From contig OZ253580.1 in the NCBI GenBank assembly GCA_965263035.1, forward strand, positions 4,512,001 to 4,576,000: a stretch of DNA of 64,000 nt, written 5' to 3'. The notes beneath the pieces were generated by a model that saw only the letters and a list, made by a program, of their open reading frames with translations, did no database searches and was not told where the DNA came from. The DNA is from Acidobacteriota bacterium. Its GTDB lineage: Bacteria; Acidobacteriota; UBA6911; RPQK01; JAJDTT01. A program made the translations under genes and the position numbers. Positions 30,954 through 39,895 of the stretch are shown here, piece by piece (position 1 is the stretch's first letter; each line of letters starts with the position of its first letter).

Positions 30954-31888
30954 GCAGAGGGCGGGCCCGGCGGCGTGGAGCCGTGAGCAATGCGGCTGAC
31001 CGCTCTCGAACCGGCCCGCACGGTCCTGCTCCGGACGGTGTTCTGGTCATCGACAAGCCGGAGGGCCCCACGTCCCACGACGTCGTGGAGTCGGCGCGGC
31101 GCGCGCTCGGGACGCGGGCAGGGCACACCGGCACACTGGATCCCCTGGCGACCGGGGTCCTTCCCCTGGTGCTGGGAAAGGCGACTCGGCTGAGCCGTTT
31201 CTACCAGAACCAGGACAAGGAGTATCTGGCCCGGATCGGTCTGGGACGGACGACCGAGACCTACGACCGGGAGGGAGCCATGGTCCGGGAGGGTCCGGTT
31301 CCCGAACTCTCGACGCGGGAGGTGCGGGAGTTTCTGGATCGATTCGTGGGCGAAATCCCCCAGCGGCCGCCTCTCTATTCGGCTGTTCGGGTCCAGGGCC
31401 GGCGACTCTACGAACTGGCCCGGAGCAGGCAGAGCGGAGAGCCTCCCCTCCGCCAGGTCAGGATTCATGGAATCGAGTTGCTGGAACGGACCCGGGACGA
31501 GTGGGCGCTCCAGGTTCACTGTTCCGCCGGAACCTACATCCGGACGCTGGCGCACGACCTGGGCGAGGCGATCGGCTGCGGAGCTTTTCTGGTGAGTCTG
31601 AGACGGACTCGGTCCGGCGCCTTCGATCTGTCTCAGGCGATATCGCCCGAACGGATGAAGGAGGAATGGGAAAGTGCCCATTTCCCCTTGGAGAAGCTGC
31701 TTCCGGAGCTTCCCCTTGTCGAGTTGGAGGATGCCGAGGGGAGGCTGGTCCGTCACGGAGGACAGGTTCAGGTCAACCTCCGTCTCCCCGACGGTTGGTG
31801 CCGGGTCTTCCATCGGGGGCGTCTGGTGGCGCTCGGTGAAACGGACGCCGGGACGATTCAGCCTTCAGTCGTTCTGGACCCGCTATGA
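30950..31888 (+). CDS. truB: tRNA pseudouridine(55) synthase TruB
   Basis: DKPEGPTSHDVV, GHTGTLDPLATGVL, PP.YSA, CSAGTYIRTLA.DLG. Confidence 0.95.
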   Translation: MSRGRARRRGAVSNAADRSRTGPHGPAPDGVLVIDKPEGPTSHDVVESARRALGTRAGHTGTLDPLATGVLPLVLGKATRLSRFYQNQDKEYLARIGLGRTTETYDREGAMVREGPVPELSTREVREFLDRFVGEIPQRPPLYSAVRVQGRRLYELARSRQSGEPPLRQVRIHGIELLERTRDEWALQVHCSAGTYIRTLAHDLGEAIGCGAFLVSLRRTRSGAFDLSQAISPERMKEEWESAHFPLEKLLPELPLVELEDAEGRLVRHGGQVQVNLRLPDGWCRVFHRGRLVALGETDAGTIQPSVVLDPL

Positions 31889-31907
31889 GGAGAAAAGAGG
31901 GGTTTCG

Positions 31908-32714
31908 GTGAAAGGGACTCTTCCGGAATTGACTCCTTTGGTGGATAGGCTGCGTGGGCGGCCACGGTTCCTCGTCTTCACGGGAGCGGGCATCTCCACG
32001 GGATCCGGGATCCCTGACTTCCGGGGACCCCAGGGCGTCTGGAAGAAATGGGCGCCGGTCTACTACCAGGAGTTCCTCGTTTCTCATGAGGCCCGGATCC
32101 GGCACTGGCAGTACAAGCTGGAGGGCTGGGAGGGGTTCCGCGACGCCAAGCCCAATTCGGCACATCGTGCGTTGTCCCGTCTGGACCGGCAGGGGCGTCT
32201 CGATGCCCTGGTCACCCAGAACATCGACGGCTTGCATCAGTTGGCCGGGCATCCTCCGGGAAGAGTCATCGAGTTGCATGGAACGAATCGGATGGTGGAG
32301 TGCATCGGCTGTGGCAGCCGTCGAGACCCGGACCCGGTCTATTCGAAGTTCGCGCGCACGGGAGATCCACCGCAGTGCCCGTGCGGAGGCTTCCTGAAAC
32401 CGGCGACTGTCTCCTTCGGCCAGGCCATGCCCCGGGACAAGTTGGAACAGGCTTTTGAGGCGGCCGGCCGGGCTCAGGTGGTCTGCTCCATCGGATCCAC
32501 ACTGGAGGTGGAACCGGCGGCCTCGGTGCCTCGGGCGGCCCAGCAGGACGGCGCCTTCTACGCCATCATCAATCGGGGTCCGACGGCACACGACACCATC
32601 GCCGATCTGAAGATCGAGGGGGACGTCAACCGGATCCTGCCGGAGCTGGCCGACCGGCTGGAGCGGCGGCCTGGAGCGGCGGCCTGGAGCGGCGGCTTTC
32701 TTGCCGCCGATTAG
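31908..32714 (+). CDS. cobB: NAD-dependent protein deacylase (Sir2 family)
   Basis: TGAGISTGSGIPDFRG, TQNIDGLH, ELHG, CxxC..CxC; GTG start at 31908. Confidence 0.9.
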   Translation: MKGTLPELTPLVDRLRGRPRFLVFTGAGISTGSGIPDFRGPQGVWKKWAPVYYQEFLVSHEARIRHWQYKLEGWEGFRDAKPNSAHRALSRLDRQGRLDALVTQNIDGLHQLAGHPPGRVIELHGTNRMVECIGCGSRRDPDPVYSKFARTGDPPQCPCGGFLKPATVSFGQAMPRDKLEQAFEAAGRAQVVCSIGSTLEVEPAASVPRAAQQDGAFYAIINRGPTAHDTIADLKIEGDVNRILPELADRLERRPGAAAWSGGFLAAD

Positions 32715-32749
32715 GGGGGCGGGTAGGGGGGACGGAAGTCCCCCTCTTG
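32658..32749. repeat. 13-bp tandem triplication merging into a REP-like hairpin pair
   Basis: ctggagcggcggc x3 (32658-32696), then tttcttgccgcc; opposite hairpin gggggacggaagtccccc. Confidence 0.75.
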
Positions 32750-32857
32750 TCCCTTCGTCCCCACCTGATCCCCGTCTCCAGCCGGCTCTCTTTATCCCCA
32801 CTTTCCCGGCGAATTAGACTGTCGCGGCCCGGCCGGGCCCAGCAGCAGAATTTTCCC

Positions 32858-33309
32858 ATGACCGCCCGCAACCAGATTCACGTCTGTTGGACCATCGACT
32901 GCGAGGTCACCCAAAAGGCCATCGAAGACACCGCCTTGAGGTCTTCCGCGAGCTGCACCGGCAATTGGAAGGGGTGGAGGAGATCATCCGTCCCGCCGGG
33001 ATCGAGCCGGGTCACGGGTGCCACCTCTATGTGTGCCGCTTGGACACAGGACGGGTGCCGTTCGGCCGGGACGCTTTTCTGAGGACTCTCAAGCAGAAGT
33101 ACCGGGTCAGCCGCGGCATCCATTACCCGCCGGTCTGGAACTGGGACGTTCTCGCGCGGCGGGGCTACGGCGAGGCGGCGGCCGGCTGTCCCGTGGCTGC
33201 ACTGGCCGGAAAACAGGCGTTCAGCCTCCCTCTCTTTCCCCAGACCACGATCGAGGACTGCTCCTACCTGGCCTGGGCCCTGAAGCAGAGTCTTCTGGAA
33301 GCCGTATGA
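32858..33309 (+). pseudogene. Chimeric remnant: 5' end of a deacetylase-like gene joined out of frame to the 3' end of a DegT/DnrJ aminotransferase
   Basis: MTARNQIHVCWTIDCE... then, in another frame, HLYVCR, GIHYPP, CPVA..FSLPLFP. Confidence 0.7.
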
Positions 33310-33640
33310 CGACGCGCAAGGTTCGCTGGGAGTCTGCGCGGTAGGAATGATCGTAGCGAGAAAGTGGGGAATCGAGGCCAGATTTTCTCGATTTGGAGGT
33401 GCATAGTTGTTCTATTCGCCGAGAAATCGGGGAAATATGGACCGATTCTACCGCTTTCGCAGTAGATCAATTTCTGCCGCGCAGGCTCCTAGGCCCTGGT
33501 GGGGGCGGGGAAGCCGGGGATTGGAGGGTCACTCCATCCAGATCGGGCGGGGGAGTGCTCAGCGACGTGGGATGACATCGTCTGGATCTGCTGGCCTGTC
33601 GAATCATGGAAGCCGTCTTCCGATCCGCCCGGCAGGCTCC
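33306..33640 (+). pseudogene. Gfo/Idh/MocA-type oxidoreductase remnant interrupted by MITE family B
   Basis: Removing the MITE and one target copy restores MTTRKVRWALVGAG; downstream RIMEAVFRSAR resembles the family C-terminus. Confidence 0.6.
33330..33488. mobile_element. MITE family B copy 1, 159 bp
   Basis: Ends gagtctgcgcggtag / ctgccgcgcaggctc; flanks CTGG and CTAG; inverted near-identical copy at 55922-56080. Confidence 0.85.
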
Positions 33641-33687
33641 GGGTCTTTCCAACAGACGCTGTGGGCGTAGTAGACTGATCCCGAGGA

Positions 33688-36126
33688 ATGCGGACAGCAA
33701 GGATGCGGACTGGAAGCTGGCGCCGCCGTTTTGCCGTGTTGATAACGGCCGCCACGATCCAGCTCCCGTCCATGGGCCGGTCCGGTTCGTCCGAAGACGC
33801 CGTCCAGGTCCAATCCATCCTCCATGACCGGTGCCACTCCTGCCACAACCCCCGGCTGCTGCAGGGCGGGCTCTCACTCCAGACCCTGACGGACGTCTTG
33901 AAGGGCGGCGTAAGCGGACCGGCCCTGGCCCCCGGATCCAGCCGGGAGAGCCTCCTCTTCCAACGGGTCAGCGGAATCAAGGAGCCCCGGATGCCCTTCC
34001 GGAAAGAGCCCTTGAACCCGCAGGAACTGGCTCTGCTGCGGCGCTGGATCGACCAGGGAGCGAATTGGCCCTCCGATCAACCGCCTCCGGCGGCGACGCC
34101 TCGGCTCGCGCCCCGTTGGCCCCGGGTGCCGGAGCAACCGGTCCATTTCACGAATCCCATCGATCGCTTTGTCGCCGCGCACCTCTCGGCTCAGGGGAAA
34201 ATCTTTCCCCAGCCGGTCCCGGACCGGGTCTTCCTGAGGCGAGTCCATCTGGATCTGTGGGGGCTCCTGCCCTCTCCCCGGGAAGTCGAGAGCTTCCTCT
34301 GGGAGGAGAGCGACGGGAAACGGGAACGGCAAGTCAGAACGCTGCTGGAGGATTCGGACCGCTACGCTCAGCACTGGATGAGCTACTGGAACGACCTCCT
34401 GCGCAACGACGAAGGAGTCCGCTACCACGGGGAACGGGAGCCGATCTCGGAATGGTTGCGGAAAGCTCTCCAGGAGAATCTGTCCTACGACCGTCTGGTG
34501 CAGGCGCTCCTGAACCCGGCGGCCGAGGACGATCCCCGGGGTTTTCTGGTCGGGGTCAACTGGCGGGGCGAGATCAGCGCCAGCCAGAGCCGGCCCATGC
34601 AGGCGGCGCAGAACAGCGCCCACCTCTTCCTGGGGGTCAATCTGAAGTGCGCCTCCTGCCACGACAGCTTCGTGGACCGCTGGAAGTTGTCCGACAGCTA
34701 CGGCCTCGCCAGTCTCTTCGCCGAGGAGGAGTTGGAACTGGTGCGCTGCGACGTCCCGCTGGGACGAACGGCGGCCCCCCGGCTCATCTTCCCCGAGTTG
34801 GGTCAGATTTCCGCCGGTGACCTGGAGCAACGGCGGCGGCAGGCGGCGGCACTCTTCACTTCGCCACGCAACGGCCGCTTCGCCCGAACCCTGGTGAATC
34901 GCATCTGGGGCCGGCTGCTGGGCCGCGGTCTGGTCCAGGCCATGGATGATCCGGAAAGCACGGCCTGGTCCCCCGATCTCCTGGACTGGCTGGCTTGGGA
35001 CTTCGTGGAGAACGGCCACGATCTCCGGAGGCTGCTGACACAGATCCTGACCTCCCGAACCTACCGGATGCCTTCGGTCCAGGACTCGCCGACGGAGGAG
35101 TCGTCCGCGCCGTTTGGGGGACCGGTCCCGAGGCGTCTGTCCGCGGAGCAGTTCCTGGACGGCGTCTCCTCGGTGACCGGCGAGTGGAAGATCCTGCGCT
35201 CCGGCTCGGGCGACCCGGGCCGGCCCAGCCGTGCCTGGAGATTCAAGTCGAGCCCCTTGACCCGGTCACTGGGCAGGCCCATTCGGGATCAGGTGGTGCT
35301 GGAACGCAACCACGAATCCAGCACCCTGCAGGCTTTGGAGCTCTCGTTCGGGGACGAGTTGAACCGGATGATCCGCCGGGGAGCCGCCAGATTGGCCGGG
35401 CAGCTCCGGCCGACGCCCCGGAATCACTTCGACAGCGGCGACATGAGCTGGGGAAAGGGGGAGGTCGATGTCGACGTCGAGGGATTCCGCGAGCTGCGGC
35501 TTCTGGCCGTCGATATGGATTCCTACGATCCGTCGCGGGTCCGAGTGGGCTGGGCCGCGGCAGAACTGGTTGGACCGGGGGGTGTGACGCCGCTCCGACA
35601 ACTGCCGGGCGAGGGGACATTCGAGGAGGGGCCGGTCCAATTCGTGGAGCGGAAGATCCGGCGGGTCGCCGCTGCCGACGGGACGACCGAATCGGTCGCC
35701 GACAAGACTCCTTATCCCTATTCCGAGGCGCTGATCACCGGACTGCCCGGTGAGCTGGTATTTCCGCTGGAGGAGAAGGGATTCACTCGATTTCGGGCCG
35801 TGGTGGGTGTGGACGAGGGGAGTCTGGAGAGCGACATCCACCCCACCGTCCGTTTCTTCGTCTTCGACCGGGAGCCCGACCGGGATCGGCTGCTGCGGGA
35901 GGAGGGAGATCCGCCCGTGGCCAGAGCTCCGCATCGGTTCTCGGCGGAAGGCCTGGTCACCTATCTTTACCGCTACTGTCTGGCGCGGGATCCCACCGCT
36001 TCGGAGCGGGAGCTGGCTCTCTCCCTTCTGGGCACTCCGGGACCCGCGGAAGAGCTGGATACGGAGGGGGTGGAAGACCTGCTCTGGTCCGTTTTTCTCT
36101 CGCCCGAGTTCCAGACCGTTCGCTGA
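33688..36126 (+). CDS. Planctomycete cytochrome c + DUF1549 + DUF1553 (PSD1) protein with NPCBM-like insert
   Basis: CHSCH heme motif, NPIDRFV, WNDLLR, CASCHD, NRIWGRLLGRGLV, LLDWLA.DF, FRAVVGVDE. Confidence 0.85.
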   Translation: MRTARMRTGSWRRRFAVLITAATIQLPSMGRSGSSEDAVQVQSILHDRCHSCHNPRLLQGGLSLQTLTDVLKGGVSGPALAPGSSRESLLFQRVSGIKEPRMPFRKEPLNPQELALLRRWIDQGANWPSDQPPPAATPRLAPRWPRVPEQPVHFTNPIDRFVAAHLSAQGKIFPQPVPDRVFLRRVHLDLWGLLPSPREVESFLWEESDGKRERQVRTLLEDSDRYAQHWMSYWNDLLRNDEGVRYHGEREPISEWLRKALQENLSYDRLVQALLNPAAEDDPRGFLVGVNWRGEISASQSRPMQAAQNSAHLFLGVNLKCASCHDSFVDRWKLSDSYGLASLFAEEELELVRCDVPLGRTAAPRLIFPELGQISAGDLEQRRRQAAALFTSPRNGRFARTLVNRIWGRLLGRGLVQAMDDPESTAWSPDLLDWLAWDFVENGHDLRRLLTQILTSRTYRMPSVQDSPTEESSAPFGGPVPRRLSAEQFLDGVSSVTGEWKILRSGSGDPGRPSRAWRFKSSPLTRSLGRPIRDQVVLERNHESSTLQALELSFGDELNRMIRRGAARLAGQLRPTPRNHFDSGDMSWGKGEVDVDVEGFRELRLLAVDMDSYDPSRVRVGWAAAELVGPGGVTPLRQLPGEGTFEEGPVQFVERKIRRVAAADGTTESVADKTPYPYSEALITGLPGELVFPLEEKGFTRFRAVVGVDEGSLESDIHPTVRFFVFDREPDRDRLLREEGDPPVARAPHRFSAEGLVTYLYRYCLARDPTASERELALSLLGTPGPAEELDTEGVEDLLWSVFLSPEFQTVR

Positions 36127-36208
36127 ATTTCGCCCCCCACCCGCGGCTCGCTACGCGTAAGAGACCCGCCTTTCTTCACTCTTTCCTCGTTCCTCTTCTA
36201 AGAAACAA

Positions 36209-36278
36209 GGAGGGGCGACTTCCAGTCGCCCATTCCTCCATGCTCCACCGGAGTTCGGCGGTTGGAAACCGCCGCTCC
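36209..36278. repeat. REP-like hairpin pair between convergent genes
   Basis: ggaggggcgacttccagtcgccc and inverted cggcggttggaaaccgccgctcc. Confidence 0.75.
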
Positions 36279-36368
36279 TACCCTTTTTCTACCGGGCGTC
36301 CGCCGGACCGGGCCGGTGGGGGAGCTTTTCTCTTTCCTGTGTTTCTTGAAACCTGAAAGAGGGCGCCC

Positions 36369-37307
36369 CTACCGTCTGCTCCGTTTCCCCTCCAGGTAAT
36401 CGGCCAATCCCTCGCTCCAGTGGGGCATGGGGTCCAGACCGGCCCGGACCAGGGCCTCGTTGGCCAGGACCGAGTACGCGGGCCGGGTGGCCCTGGCTCC
36501 GAATTCCTGGGAAGTGACGGGCGTCAGGTCCGGCGTGAGGCCGGTCAGCTCGAAGAGCCGGCGGGCGAATTCGTGCCAGGTGCACTCTCCCCGATTGGTG
36601 ACGTGCACTGTTCCCCGGGCCCCCGCGGCCAGCAACTGGACCATCTTTCGAGCCAGATGCGCCGTAAACGTGGGCCCGAGGCGCTGGTCGTCCACCACCC
36701 GGATGGGACGGCCCTTTCCGGCCAATCCCAGCATGATGGCCACGAAGTTCCGTTCTCCGGCCAGACCATAAAGCCCCGAGGTCCTGACGATCAGGTGCCG
36801 CCGGCACTCTCCTCGAAGCAGGTTTTCGCCGGCCAGCTTGGAGGCTCCATAGACGTTCAAGGGGGAAGGGGGGGCATCCTCCGTGTAGGGTGAGGTCCGG
36901 TTTCCATCACCGCCGAACACATAGTCGGTGCTCACGTGCACCAGAAGCGCGTCCAGGTCGTTGCAGATCCGGCCCAGGTTCAGGACCGCGACGGCGTTGG
37001 TGTCGAAGGCCTTGGATTCGTGGTCCTCACAGTCGTCGACTCGATGATAGGCCGCCGTGTTGATGACGGCGTCCGGCCGGAACCGGGTCAGGATCTCCCG
37101 GGTGCCGGCGAGGTCGCAGATCTCGAGTTCCCGATGGGAAAGAGGGACGGCGTGAAACCTTTGTGGCGCAGAGGCAGGGATTGGCCTGGACTGTTCTTTG
37201 CCGGGCCGCGAATCCTGCTCTCGAACGATCCGATCCGGCTCACCCAACTCCCGCACCAAGTCGGATCCAAGCTGCCCACTGGACCCGATCACGACCACTG
37301 TGCGCAT
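36369..37307 (-). CDS. rfbD: dTDP-4-dehydrorhamnose reductase
   Basis: GSSGQLG, NTAAY, HVSTDYVF, PLNVYGASK, VVDDQ..PT, RPAYSVL. Confidence 0.92.
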   Translation of the reverse strand: MRTVVVIGSSGQLGSDLVRELGEPDRIVREQDSRPGKEQSRPIPASAPQRFHAVPLSHRELEICDLAGTREILTRFRPDAVINTAAYHRVDDCEDHESKAFDTNAVAVLNLGRICNDLDALLVHVSTDYVFGGDGNRTSPYTEDAPPSPLNVYGASKLAGENLLRGECRRHLIVRTSGLYGLAGERNFVAIMLGLAGKGRPIRVVDDQRLGPTFTAHLARKMVQLLAAGARGTVHVTNRGECTWHEFARRLFELTGLTPDLTPVTSQEFGARATRPAYSVLANEALVRAGLDPMPHWSEGLADYLEGKRSRR

Positions 37308-37463
37308 GCGGCGCCTCCTCCGTCCGGCTCCGTAGATCCGGATCGGCTATTGAGACTTGAAGAGTAGCAGCTACAGTTGGGCAGTGCGGGCCAGCCGGCA
37401 TTGCTCCCCGGAGAAACAATCTTTCCGGTGAGGTATCCGGGATAGTTGATGTAAAGTAAAACA

Positions 37464-38453
37464 ATGTCCAACGATCGTCACGAACACGACGGCCATTGCC
37501 ACCATCATGGCCTCGACGGGGATTCGCATGACCTTCGCGGGGCCAGCCGGCGCAATCTGACCACTGCGCTCGTGCTGATCGCCGGCTATATGTTCGCCGA
37601 GGTCATCGGCGGCATCCTCTCCGGGAGTTTGGCGCTCATCGCGGACGCCGGGCACATGCTGACCGACGCGGCGTCGATCGGCCTCGCCTTACTCGCCCTT
37701 CACTTTTCGACTCGGCCCGCGTCCGCACGGCATACCTTTGGTTATCGCCGCCTCGAGATCCTGGCAGCTCTGCTGAACGCAGTCACGCTCTGGCTGATTG
37801 CCACTTGGGTCGTTTTCGAAGCCTACCACCGCTTCACGGCCATGCCCGACGTCAAGGGAGAGTTGATGCTGGCCGTCGGCTCGATTGGCCTCGTTGTCAA
37901 CCTCGTCGCGGCCTGGATCCTGCACCGGTCGGCGACGCACAGCGTGAACGTCGAAGGTGCCTACCAGCACGTCATGGCCGATCTTCTTGGGTCCATCGGT
38001 GTGGTGGTGTCGGGCATTCTCGTTTGGGCTTTCAATTGGAATATCGCGGACCCCATCCTGAGCGTGATCATCGGCATCCTCATCCTGGTGAGCTCATGGC
38101 GTCTTCTGGGGAAGGTGATCAACGTCCTGCTTGAAGGGGTTCCGCAACACATCGACATCGGTCGCCTATGCCGGCAAATGGAAGATGTGCCGGGCGTCGG
38201 CTCGATTCACGATATTCACGTTTGGAGCCTCGCCTCCGACTACGACGTTCTCACGGCTCACATTCTTGTAGATCCCGAAATTGAGGATACGGGCTTCATT
38301 CGGGACCGTCTCCGCGAGATCGCCTCCCGTGACTACGGCATTCGGCACGTCACGATTCAGTTGGAAGACACGGCGGAACGCTGTATCGATGAAAATCACC
38401 ATGTCGGCGACCTTGTTGCTCCCCGCGCCGCCGAGGGGTTCGAGACCGGCTGA
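37464..38453 (+). CDS. Cation diffusion facilitator (ZitB/CzcD-like Zn/Co/Cd exporter)
   Basis: His-rich N-terminus, SLALIADAGHMLTD, HV.AD.LGS, HDIHVW, HVTIQLE. Confidence 0.93.
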   Translation: MSNDRHEHDGHCHHHGLDGDSHDLRGASRRNLTTALVLIAGYMFAEVIGGILSGSLALIADAGHMLTDAASIGLALLALHFSTRPASARHTFGYRRLEILAALLNAVTLWLIATWVVFEAYHRFTAMPDVKGELMLAVGSIGLVVNLVAAWILHRSATHSVNVEGAYQHVMADLLGSIGVVVSGILVWAFNWNIADPILSVIIGILILVSSWRLLGKVINVLLEGVPQHIDIGRLCRQMEDVPGVGSIHDIHVWSLASDYDVLTAHILVDPEIEDTGFIRDRLREIASRDYGIRHVTIQLEDTAERCIDENHHVGDLVAPRAAEGFETG

Positions 38454-38615
38454 AGTTGGTGAATGGTCGCTATCACATGGGCCCGGTGACGGCGTCTGGA
38501 CACCATCCGAATTACGAAATTCAAAGGCACTGCTGATTCGGCAGGAAGGTTCTGATCCGAGGCCGCCGAATCCCGATTCCGGACGTTGAACCGGGGTCGC
38601 GTGGAGACAATCCTC

Positions 38616-39212
38616 ATGTTTCAGCTTGCCGGTTCGCTCGCCGCCCCGGTCGTGGGCGCGATCCTGTACAGGTGGCTACACGGCCGCAGCAGCGCCGTAC
38701 GTCTCTTCGACGGATTCATGTACGTCGCCGTACCGGCAATCGTCCTCGGGCAGGTCCTGCCGCATTCCTGGGAAGACCATGGCGTCCTCGCAATTCTGGT
38801 CCTCCTTCTGGGGATGGGCACACCTAATCTCATTGAACGGATTATTCGACCGCTCGCGCCCCACACCGATAATCTTGCCCTGCTGGCCGGCTTGTCGGGC
38901 CTGTTGATACACGCTTTTCTGGAGGGTGCGGCGTTGGTGTCCAAGGACACGCGGGTCACCTACGCTGTGATCCTTCACCGAATCCCGGTCGGCTTGATGA
39001 TCTGGTGGATCTTGCGACCCCGCCACGGCTTCCGGGTCGCGGCGATCGGCATTGGGACAATCCTGGTCGCGACAGTCGCCGGGTACGCCATCGGTGCCCG
39101 GTTCTTTGCCGACGGCGACGGCGTCGAGCTCTACCAGGCCTTTGTCGGCGGATCACTGCTCCATGCCGTATTTCACCAGGGTCGCCACGACCATCGGCAC
39201 GAGCACAACTAA
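38616..39212 (+). CDS. ZIP-like metal transporter membrane protein
   Basis: Multiple TMs, HAFLEG and ILHRIPVG (ZIP TM4/TM5-like), C-terminal HDHRHEHN. Confidence 0.6.
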   Translation: MFQLAGSLAAPVVGAILYRWLHGRSSAVRLFDGFMYVAVPAIVLGQVLPHSWEDHGVLAILVLLLGMGTPNLIERIIRPLAPHTDNLALLAGLSGLLIHAFLEGAALVSKDTRVTYAVILHRIPVGLMIWWILRPRHGFRVAAIGIGTILVATVAGYAIGARFFADGDGVELYQAFVGGSLLHAVFHQGRHDHRHEHN

Positions 39213-39320
39213 GGGACACACCGGCCGGTATACTCAGATCCCCACCTTCCATGGTAGACCGGGTGGGGAAACACCAAGCTCGCGTCAATTCCGATTATCG
39301 CAGGCACAGGAGTCAGATCA

Positions 39321-39656
39321 ATGGAGGTTGGTACCGAACGGAAAGACGGGATATTGATCGCCAAGGCGGAGGGTCACATCGACGGTACCAATGCCCGCGA
39401 GTTCGAGGAGGCGCTCCAGGGGGAGATCTCCGCCGAAGATCGTCTCTTGATTCTGGATATGGAGGCGCTCGTCTACATCAGCAGCGCGGGCCTCCGCGTT
39501 CTGTTGTTATTGGCCAAGACGCTCCAGAGACAAAGCGGAAAATTGGTGGTCTGCTCGCTCTCGGCTTCGATACGGGAGGTCTTTGAGATCAGTGGCTTCA
39601 GCAAGATCATTCCGACCTACAACTCCCGATTCGAAGCCCTGACCAGGCACGGTTAG
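39321..39656 (+). CDS. STAS domain anti-sigma factor antagonist
   Basis: G.ID..NA..F, YISSAGLRVLL, EVFEISGF. Confidence 0.9.
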   Translation: MEVGTERKDGILIAKAEGHIDGTNAREFEEALQGEISAEDRLLILDMEALVYISSAGLRVLLLLAKTLQRQSGKLVVCSLSASIREVFEISGFSKIIPTYNSRFEALTRHG

Positions 39657-39895
39657 TGTCGGCGTGCCCCGAGAAACAGCCTGGAACCGCTTCCGACCGT
39701 TCTGCCTTTCACGAGCGTCCGGGACTGGTGGGGGAAGCGTGTCGGGTTTCTGGTCCCGGACTCCTGCCGATCGAGCCAGACCCGCTCGGATCCGACCGGA
39801 ACTCCGCGAGGCAACCCTCAAGCTTGCGAGCCGACGGGAGGAATGCGTAACATGGGCGCCGAATCCGATCTGTCCGGCGAGGCGGAGGAAACACC

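Noticed and set aside
37441-37463. Zur/Fur box upstream of the CDF, and at 48120-48160
   Set aside because: AT-rich but palindromy too poor to call
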